Shown here piece by piece: positions 26,036 through 31,906 of a stretch of DNA of 31,906 nt. The number at the start of each line of letters is the position of its first letter. Positions within the stretch are counted from its first letter, which is position 1. The stretch spans positions 1-31,906 of the IMG/VR virus record IMGVR_UViG_3300005805_007730, one strand, 5' to 3'. The DNA comes from a virus (Duplodnaviria > Caudoviricetes). Made by a program: the position numbers and the translations under genes. Below the pieces are notes generated by a model. The model had not been told where the DNA came from. It saw only the letters and a program-made list of their open reading frames with translations, and ran no database searches.

Positions 26036-26356
26036 ATGAAAAAGATACTTGCGCTATTATTAATATTATCAAGTTGTACTCCAGTTAAATACGTTATGGT
26101 AGATCCTAAAGACTCTACTAATCTTGTAGAAGTTAGAAAAAGAATTATTTACGAAGACATTTACCAACCAAGTATTCCCTTATATTTTTATAATGGATTT
26201 TTTGGAGTTCAACCTTACAGACCAATAATTATACCGAGACCTATAGTAGTACCAAGAAGACCAACTGTACCTCACAATAGAAATTATGTACAACCATGGA
26301 CTCCTAATAGAAACTATAGACAACCACTACCACCTCGTCCACCTAGAAAAAATTAA
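26036..26356 (+). CDS. proline/arginine-rich lipoprotein
   Basis: LSSC lipobox; C-terminal PRP repeats and duplicated NRNY.QP. Confidence 0.7.
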   Translation: MKKILALLLILSSCTPVKYVMVDPKDSTNLVEVRKRIIYEDIYQPSIPLYFYNGFFGVQPYRPIIIPRPIVVPRRPTVPHNRNYVQPWTPNRNYRQPLPPRPPRKN

Positions 26357-26358
26357 TT

Positions 26359-27105
26359 ATGAAATTACAATACAAAAAAATGCTATTAGCAATAGGTTTA
26401 TTGACAATAGCAATTTTGGCCGCTACAGTAATGGCTTCAGCTCAAACCGTGGGTAAAACTACAACAGAGCAATACAAAGCCTCTTTCGAAACAAAGATAG
26501 ATATCAGTCAATATATGGATTATTCAGGTCCTACAATTCCAATTCAAATATTAAAGTGTGGAATTGGCGAAGAGGTGTACGAACAATATCCAGAATTAAA
26601 AGAAAAGAGAGTCGGTCTTGGTGTCGCTAATATTTCATTAGAGTATTTGGAGAATTTAAACAGATTCACATTCACTGAAGACAAGACAGAAATCAAAAAT
26701 AGAATGGTAAAACAATTCCAAGCATCTGCAGCTGGAATTTCACAAGATAAATTGGACGGTCGAGGTAAGATTAGATTGGCTCACTACTTTGTGGAAATTG
26801 AAGTATACGATTGGTCAGTATCAGATGATGAAGAAGTAAACTTATCTAACGGAGTTAAGAATACAATGGTAACTCGTTTAGGTTTACAAGTGAGATTCAC
26901 CGATGCAGAGACAGGAGAAATTATCGCGGCTTCAGGTTTAGGCGAAGCAAAGACAACAAGAGAGCTAACTTTATTGTCAGACGCAACAGTAGATCCAGTT
27001 AAATTCAATCAATCAACAGTTTCTATTGCAACTAAGAAAGCTTTAGATATTGCGTGTTCTCGTATTTTAGCAAGAATGGTTAAAAAAGGTGTATTCACTA
27101 AATAA
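26359..27105 (+). CDS. CsgG/HfaB-like secreted protein
   Basis: Signal peptide; GLGVANI..EYL....RF, LGLQVRFTDAETGEII.ASGLG pattern; no lipobox Cys. Confidence 0.7.
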   Translation: MKLQYKKMLLAIGLLTIAILAATVMASAQTVGKTTTEQYKASFETKIDISQYMDYSGPTIPIQILKCGIGEEVYEQYPELKEKRVGLGVANISLEYLENLNRFTFTEDKTEIKNRMVKQFQASAAGISQDKLDGRGKIRLAHYFVEIEVYDWSVSDDEEVNLSNGVKNTMVTRLGLQVRFTDAETGEIIAASGLGEAKTTRELTLLSDATVDPVKFNQSTVSIATKKALDIACSRILARMVKKGVFTK

Positions 27106-27106
27106 T

Positions 27107-27214
27107 ATGGCAAACGCAAAACCAAAAAAGAAGTCAATGCGTAGTAGACGCTCTGGTGTTAAGAAAAAACAATTGGTAGACAACAACTTAGCAATTCTAG
27201 CTAAATTGAAATAA
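27107..27214 (+). CDS. very basic 35-aa peptide (not in ORF track)
   Basis: Own translation MANAKPKKKSMRSRRSGVKKKQLVDNNLAILAKLK; fills gap exactly, TAATG overlap with next gene. Confidence 0.6.
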   Translation: MANAKPKKKSMRSRRSGVKKKQLVDNNLAILAKLK

Positions 27215-28587
27215 TGAAAAAATGGATAGTAGCGTTTACAATATTAGTTTCGTCCTTATTAGCTCTTAATGCTAAAGGGCAAAATATTGTAAATGTTTAC
27301 GTAGATCCTTGCGACGGAAAAACATATACTTTCGTATCTCCCATATCCTCTAACTCTCCTGGAGTTTTAGTTATAGTTAGGGGAAAATCTAGATTATTTA
27401 CTTACGCAGACTTTGCATCAGGCACAGTAGACTTATGGGTTAAATCTATATTCGCAACGCCATGTCCAGTATCCCAACAAACAACAGTAGTAGTAGCTAC
27501 CACAGCGGCAAACGTAGCAAGTCAAGCGGCAGCTTCCGCTGCGTCAAGCGCGGCAAGTTCTGCTGCTTCTTCAGCGGCGAGTTCAGCGGCATCATCCGCG
27601 GCAAGTTCAAGTGCTTCAAGCGCAGCATCATCAAGTGCGTCAACCGCATCGAGTTCAGCAGCGTCATCATCGCCTCCACCAACCTCATCTTCATCGTCAT
27701 CATCTTCCCAATCGTCCTCTTCTTCTGGATCTTCATCGTCATCAGGCTCAAGTTCAGAGAGTGGAGGCTCAGCAGGAGAAACAAAATCAGAGACAAAATC
27801 AGAAACTAAATCAGAGAGCAAATCTGAAGAGAGCAAGTCCGAATCAAAGTCAGAAGAGAAAAAAGAAGAAAGTAAATCTGAAGACAAAAAAGAAGAAAAG
27901 AAAAAAGAGGATAAAAAGAAAGAAGAAAAGAAGAAGGCTGCTAACGTAAATCCGATGATATTCTCTGCAGATTTAAGCGTAGCAGAGCAACCTCCAAATA
28001 GACAAGTGGTACCGACAATGAATATGGGAGTTTCGAAGTCTTCAATGACAGGACTTTCCAGTTTCGGTGCCAATGCAAGCATATTCTTAGACTTAAGTAA
28101 GATAGCAGTAGGAGGAAGTTATACAAAAAGCCAAGTAAATGGTAGAGGCCAATTAGAAGCTATGCACAACTTCGGTGCAACCTATTTCACAGACTTTGGA
28201 AATCACATGGTATTTCCTGCGTACACTTACATTCAACCAATCGATAAGCTCATCACAGGATACAATGTAAGCGCTAACACCGCGTTTGCTCAAGGCGGAT
28301 CTATTACTTTATCTCCTTCCATAATAAGCTTCGCCATGTATCCCATAACTGTAGGCAGAAAGACCATAACTCCAGATCTATTCATGATAGCGGCTCCATG
28401 GGGGTATTCGTTTTCAACTCGCACAGAAAATAGAAGCAGAGACTTAACTTTCTTAACAGGCTTCGCCACAGACTTTAAAATCACTAGAAAGTTTAAAGTG
28501 AATGTTAACTTTAAAGTGATGTTGAGCACCGCAGACGGAAGCGTGCCAATACGATCTTTCATGATAGGTAGCAAATTGAATTTATAA
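27214..28587 (+). CDS. secreted protein with Ser/Ala and Glu/Lys low-complexity linker and probable C-terminal beta-barrel
   Basis: Signal peptide; DPC...TPC N domain; AASS repeats; ESKS/EEKK repeats; alternating amphipathic strands at C-terminus. Confidence 0.7.
   Translation: MKKWIVAFTILVSSLLALNAKGQNIVNVYVDPCDGKTYTFVSPISSNSPGVLVIVRGKSRLFTYADFASGTVDLWVKSIFATPCPVSQQTTVVVATTAANVASQAAASAASSAASSAASSAASSAASSAASSSASSAASSSASTASSSAASSSPPPTSSSSSSSSQSSSSSGSSSSSGSSSESGGSAGETKSETKSETKSESKSEESKSESKSEEKKEESKSEDKKEEKKKEDKKKEEKKKAANVNPMIFSADLSVAEQPPNRQVVPTMNMGVSKSSMTGLSSFGANASIFLDLSKIAVGGSYTKSQVNGRGQLEAMHNFGATYFTDFGNHMVFPAYTYIQPIDKLITGYNVSANTAFAQGGSITLSPSIISFAMYPITVGRKTITPDLFMIAAPWGYSFSTRTENRSRDLTFLTGFATDFKITRKFKVNVNFKVMLSTADGSVPIRSFMIGSKLNL
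27520..27935 (+). repeat. coding low-complexity repeats (AASS)n, poly-Ser, (ESKS)n, (EEKK)n
   Basis: Protein-level repeats with degenerate codons. Confidence 0.8.
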
Positions 28588-28662
28588 TCAACGAGTTATA
28601 TATTATAAAAAAGAATATTTTTTCCACCATATAAAAAATTTTTTTATTTGAAAAAAGTTTTG

Positions 28663-28670
28663 TATATTTG
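28663..28670 (+). promoter_or_regulatory. Bacteroidota-type -7 promoter box (TAnnTTTG)
   Basis: TATATTTG in intergenic region 35 nt upstream of ATG 28706. Confidence 0.5.
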
Positions 28671-28705
28671 AATTCTATTATTAATCAAAAAAAAGGAAAA
28701 CAACC

Positions 28706-28903
28706 ATGAAAAAAATCATGATCGCTTTCTCAACAGCTTTAGTATTAGCTGCTTGCGGAAATGGAAATGGAAGTGCTGCAACAACTGATAGCACACAAGC
28801 TGTTGTTGATTCAACTGCTGTAACGGCAAATGATTCAACCACTGCTCAGATTGTTGATTCTACTGAAAAAACAGCAGGAGAACAACCAGTAGAAGTTAAG
28901 TAA
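28706..28903 (+). CDS. small acidic lipoprotein
   Basis: LAAC lipobox; four DST repeats. Confidence 0.8.
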   Translation: MKKIMIAFSTALVLAACGNGNGSAATTDSTQAVVDSTAVTANDSTTAQIVDSTEKTAGEQPVEVK

Positions 28904-28980
28904 TTGGATCCATGCGTCGGGGAATTCCGCCTGCAAAGACTACGCGAAGAAAGGTCTTTTTAAATTTAAAATAATAAGTT

Positions 28981-29214
28981 ATGTATATGAGAGTTAAATG
29001 CATCAAAGCCGACGATACTAATGTTTTAGTAGAAGACGCATTTTACACAGTAGATGCAGTCACAAGTAAAGGCAATTACATTTTAATGGAAGTTGCTCCA
29101 CCTCAAGGCTTTAATTGCTTTGATAAGAATAGATTCGAAATCTTAGAAATTTGGGACGAACAACCTTCTTTATTTGAATTTGATGAAGAAGAGTTAGAGA
29201 TAATCTTCGGATAA
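28981..29214 (+). CDS. hypothetical protein
   Basis: 77-aa acidic ORF with AGTTATG start context. Confidence 0.65.
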   Translation: MYMRVKCIKADDTNVLVEDAFYTVDAVTSKGNYILMEVAPPQGFNCFDKNRFEILEIWDEQPSLFEFDEEELEIIFG

Positions 29215-29219
29215 TTCAT

Positions 29220-29227
29220 ATATTTAT
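29220..29227 (+). promoter_or_regulatory. ATATTTAT motif, putative promoter of tmRNA
   Basis: 10 nt upstream of tmRNA 5' end. Confidence 0.55.
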
Positions 29228-29237
29228 ATATTCATAT

Positions 29238-29602
29238 GGGGATGCCATGGAATTGATTCACAATTCGGAGGTAATACCACACGCAGAGAGAAGTACTAGA
29301 TCTCTTTAAATCTGTACAAAACAATAACCGACGAAATGTCAACAATGACCTTCGATTCTTTAATGGAATTCGTAGGCGCGAACGAGTACGCATTAGCTGC
29401 TTAATTAGCATCGGGTGTAACATCCTAGGAACAGAAGTTACAAACTAGATTTTCTTAGTTTAGATTAAAATTAAGTGGTGGATATCGTAAGGACCAAAAA
29501 CCATACGACCCTTTACTGATCAGCTTGCAGATCTAAGCGTGTGAGACGTTGGTATTATTGTTCATTGTGAAGACACGAGTTCGAGTCTCGTCATCTCCAC
29601 CA
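29238..29602 (+). ncRNA. ssrA: tmRNA
   Basis: GGGGATG/CATCTCC acceptor stem with G3.U, ACCA end, ACGAG-TTCGAGT-CTCGT T-arm, tag ORF 29330-29404 ending YALAA-stop. Confidence 0.95.
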
Positions 29603-29613
29603 AAATAAAAGTT

Positions 29614-30033
29614 ATGAAATGGATTCTTTCTTTTGTAGTAGGAGTGTTTTTTACAATACCCTTAAAAAGTACAATTTACTTTTTTAAGTCTGAGGAAATC
29701 GAGATTGTAAAGTCTGACACCGTAACTGCAACTACTTACACAGCGGATCCAAGAGAAACCGACGAAGAACCACTAATAACAGCCAGTGGTTTTAAACTTG
29801 ACTCTCTTAATCCAAAAAGGCACAAAATAATTGCCGTAAGTAGAGATTTAAAAAAGAGATATCCTTTTGGATCTAAAGTAAAAATAAAGGGATTAGGTAA
29901 GAAGTACGATGGAGTGTATAAAGTAGAAGACGTAATGCACTCTAGATGGAGAAAAAAAATAGACATACTAATCAATAAAAAAGATAAGTTGTTTAAAAAG
30001 AGGAAAGTGATAATAACACCTATTGAAAAATAA
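29614..30033 (+). CDS. 3D-domain (double-psi beta-barrel) cell-wall protein
   Basis: VTATTY, ITASG, IIAVSRDL, VEDVM, IDIL; N-terminal hydrophobic anchor. Confidence 0.8.
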   Translation: MKWILSFVVGVFFTIPLKSTIYFFKSEEIEIVKSDTVTATTYTADPRETDEEPLITASGFKLDSLNPKRHKIIAVSRDLKKRYPFGSKVKIKGLGKKYDGVYKVEDVMHSRWRKKIDILINKKDKLFKKRKVIITPIEK

Positions 30034-30036
30034 TAT

Positions 30037-30108
30037 CGCGAGGTAGAGCAGCGGTAGCTCGGCGGGCTCATAACCCGTAGGTCGGTGGTTCGATCCCACC
30101 CTTCGCAA
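30037..30108 (+). tRNA. tRNA-fMet (CAT), initiator type
   Basis: C1:A72 mismatch, GGG/CCC anticodon stem, CTCATAA loop, GGTTCGATCC T-arm. Confidence 0.93.
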
Positions 30109-30188
30109 CAAAAAAACTTATCTACCAAAAAGATAAATTTTTTAAAAAGAAAAAGATGTTATATATTAGCCTTATAACATTAACAAAT

Positions 30189-30200
30189 AGATCTTTGAAA
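30189..30200 (+). promoter_or_regulatory. boxA-like antitermination element
   Basis: AGATCTTTGAAA resembles rrn boxA (TGCTCTTTAACA); lies at 5' end of long RNA region. Confidence 0.45.
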
Positions 30201-30204
30201 ATAC

Positions 30205-31060
30205 TGTTATCCATGGAGAAATCCTAAATAACATCGGCGGCATATAGTCGTTAAATAAACTTGGAAACAAGTATAAAGTGAGTCGGTTTGACTGAACCGA
30301 TTTGCGGCTTAGAAATAAGCTCGAGTATGCAATCAGAATATCATCGAACCTGTAGTAGTGAGGGTAACTCCGTAGTGAAATGGTTTGGTGATCAGGCAAT
30401 GTGGGTTGTCTGATTGAGCTTGGAAGAGCAATAAGAATAATCTGAAGGTGATTATGCAAGATATGTAGTTTATCCAATTACACTATTGCGTGCACTAGTA
30501 TTGAATGGCAGTTTAAAACCGAATGGCTAAAAACCTCAAGGTAAGAAAGAGAACAGATGGTGCTGCTACTTTCCTTCGAAGAAGTCTACCAAGATTCTTT
30601 GACGAAGCGGTCTAAAATAACCGAGATAGGGATATCTCAAAAGGTAGTTGAATATCTATCCGACCAAAAGTTGGACAGGTTCAGTGGCAAGCCGCTACCT
30701 TTACGATCCACAAGTCGAAACTTTGATTTGCTATATCAAAATTATAAAAATCATAAGCTCAAGCGCTTGTCAGCTACGGGAGAAAGATGCCTACACAGTA
30801 ACGAGAGGTTCGTTGCACTTGAAGATCGCAAGTCTGAGAGTATTCTTTCGAAAAGATCGTAATTCCGCAAGAATGTATCAGCTCGGCAGAGTTGAACGGT
30901 TGGAGTAAAGAGAGAGTATCCCATTAAATAAGGTAGCTCAAGGTGTAATTGACCTAATCAATTGGCATTGCAGAGATAGATCTCAAAAGGAACTGGACAG
31001 AGAGGGAAACAAAATAATCCTCTTAAAGATTCTGCATGTCGAAGCTGTAGTCTCAAGCTT
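30205..31060 (+). ncRNA. large structured non-coding RNA, GOLLD-like (ends approximate)
   Basis: ~850 nt without credible ORF between tRNAs; many G.U-containing hairpins and GNRA loops; own downstream terminator. Confidence 0.65.
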
Positions 31061-31074
31061 TAACAAAACTCATT

Positions 31075-31114
31075 AAAGGCTCTGATTGTTTTAAAATTCA
31101 ATTAGGGCCTTTTT
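31075..31114 (+). terminator. intrinsic terminator or processing stem
   Basis: AAAGGCTCTGATTG...CAATTAGGGCCTTT stem with T-run. Confidence 0.7.
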
Positions 31115-31120
31115 AGTGTT

Positions 31121-31192
31121 GCTCTTATCGACTAAGGGTTAGGTCACATCCCTTTCACGGATGTAATACGGGTTCGAATCCCGTTGAGAGTA
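31121..31192 (+). tRNA. tRNA-Glu (TTC)
   Basis: GCTCTTA/TGAGAGT acceptor, CATCC-CTTTCAC-GGATG anticodon arm, GGTTCGAATCC. Confidence 0.92.
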
Positions 31193-31195
31193 CTG

Positions 31196-31383
31196 AATAA
31201 CTGCCCGCCGCTTGTTCAACCAGAGCATGACTTGGATGGTGACTATGAAAAATTGTGGGTAGTTGTTTTGATATTAAGGTTGATTGGAATGTATCCTTTA
31301 ACTGTAGAAAGGGCGGATACCTCGCGGTTAGAAATGCCAATCGTAAAAGCAGATGTCCACGCACCCATCTTCTGCTTTCCTAA
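31196..31383 (+). ncRNA. unidentified structured RNA(s) with pseudoknot between tRNA-Glu and tRNA-Thr
   Basis: Stems 31196-31208/31255-31267, 31281-31287/31337-31343, 31291-31296/31315-31320, pseudoknot 31299-31305/31324-31330, AAAGCAGA/TCTGCTTT. Confidence 0.5.
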
Positions 31384-31385
31384 AT

Positions 31386-31458
31386 GCCTTGCTAGCTCAG
31401 TTGGTAGAGCAGCTGATTTGTAATCAGCAGGTCTGCGGTTCAAGTCCGTAGCGAGGCT
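31386..31458 (+). tRNA. tRNA-Thr (TGT)
   Basis: GCCTTGC/GCGAGGC acceptor, GCTGA-TTTGTAA-TCAGC anticodon arm. Confidence 0.94.
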
Positions 31459-31463
31459 CATAT

Positions 31464-31579
31464 GCCGGTGTGGCGGAATAAACAATGAATACTGACGAGT
31501 AACATTGAGACGTACCTGTTCTAGAGTGGTGGAGTGACCGAAAAGGACTCCGTGAGGGTGAAAATCCCTTCCACCGGCA
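31464..31579 (+). ncRNA. aberrant Leu-type tRNA-like RNA with D-loop insertion, possible CTA anticodon
   Basis: Perfect GCCGGTG/CACCGGC-A acceptor, TGGCGGAAT...AGACGT D-arm, long variable arm GGAGT/ACTCC, non-canonical T-loop. Confidence 0.7.
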
Positions 31580-31586
31580 CCGTATT

Positions 31587-31673
31587 GGAGAGATGGTAGA
31601 GTGGTTGAATACACCGGTCTTGAAAACCGGCATACTGTAAAAGGTATCTGGGGTTCGAATCCCTGTCTCTCCG
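31587..31673 (+). tRNA. tRNA-Ser (TGA)
   Basis: GGAGAGA/TCTCTCC-G acceptor, CCGGT-CTTGAAA-ACCGG, long variable arm. Confidence 0.94.
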
Positions 31674-31730
31674 CAAAAGCAGACAAAACGCATAGTAACT
31701 GCAGGGATGCTAGCTCCCACTATGCTCTTT

Positions 31731-31801
31731 TGCCCTTTAGTATAACGGTAGTACGGCAGTTTTTGGTACTGCTTGTTGTGGTTCGAATCCATGAGGGGCA
31801 A
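31731..31801 (+). tRNA. tRNA-Gln (TTG)
   Basis: TGCCCTT/AGGGGCA acceptor, GCAGT-TTTTGGT-ACTGC anticodon arm. Confidence 0.92.
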
Positions 31802-31819
31802 CTTAAATTAGCGAACAAA

Positions 31820-31906
31820 GCTCCAGTGGCGAAATTGGTAGCACGCGCAGGACTTAAAATCCTGTGGGAAGAAAAATCCCGTGTCGGTTCGATTCCGACT
31901 TGGAGC
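31820..31906 (+). tRNA. tRNA-Leu (TAA), discriminator base beyond window end
   Basis: GCTCCAG/TTGGAGC acceptor, CAGGA-CTTAAAA-TCCTG, long variable arm. Confidence 0.93.

Noticed and set aside
27520-27935. Possible CRISPR array or DNA tandem repeat
   Set aside because: Repeats are at amino-acid level with synonymous variation; no constant repeat-spacer periodicity and no cas genes
27462-27949. Alternative + frame ORFs 27462-27809 and 27611-27949
   Set aside because: Stop-free frames produced by the low-complexity region of 27214-28587
1619-30128. All minus-strand ORFs in the track (e.g. 1656-1859, 13766-14095, 15634-16047, 27522-28082, 29736-30128)
   Set aside because: They lie antisense to well-supported + strand genes or RNAs and show no motifs; 27522-28082 is the mirror of the Ser/Ala/Glu/Lys repeats
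30205-31060. rRNA fragment, RNase P RNA or group I/II intron
   Set aside because: No universal rRNA motifs, RNase P P4 signature or intron core recognised by eye, and no interrupted gene flanks it; needs a covariance search to exclude fully
31490-31545. Hammerhead ribozyme suggested by CTGACGA and CGAAA
   Set aside because: Could not build stems I-III around the core; both pieces are explained as hairpins in the tRNA-like fold
30172-31801. ORFs 30172-30477, 30557-30862, 30648-30908, 31155-31364, 31184-31423, 31243-31686, 31424-31801
   Set aside because: Overlap tRNAs or the structured RNA; no protein-like motifs or typical start context
1-31906. Genome-wide stop-codon reassignment (TAG or TGA)
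   Set aside because: Conserved genes are full length under code 11, and TAG/TGA terminate several genes at expected ends (e.g. thioredoxin, iscU)

Overview
AT-rich, gene-dense window with essentially all credible genes on the + strand. It reads as part of a large (jumbo-type) tailed phage genome; a Bacteroidota host is inferred from the bS21 sequence, Oar-like TonB receptor, lipoproteins, TAnnTTTG promoter boxes and near absence of Shine-Dalgarno sites. No capsid, terminase or portal gene is in the window, so the phage call rests on gene mix and organisation. In order: replication/nucleotide genes (helicase C-terminus, class II RNR, PolA); an IscU-IscA-Hsp20-GroES-GroEL block; a probable DNA base-modification cluster (SGNH-like protein, PLP fold-II enzyme, DUF6378-like protein, dUTPase, dCMP deaminase, T4 gp42-like dCMP hydroxymethylase); a TonB receptor with an attenuator-like leader, a nuclease and thioredoxin; a secreted/envelope cluster (cohesin-dockerin-like, CsgG-like, lipoproteins) containing ribosomal protein bS21; and an RNA-gene region with tmRNA, six tRNAs, an ~850-nt GOLLD-like RNA, an aberrant tRNA-like RNA with possible CUA anticodon and a pseudoknotted inter-tRNA RNA. 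All family assignments are from motif recognition by eye; no searches were run.
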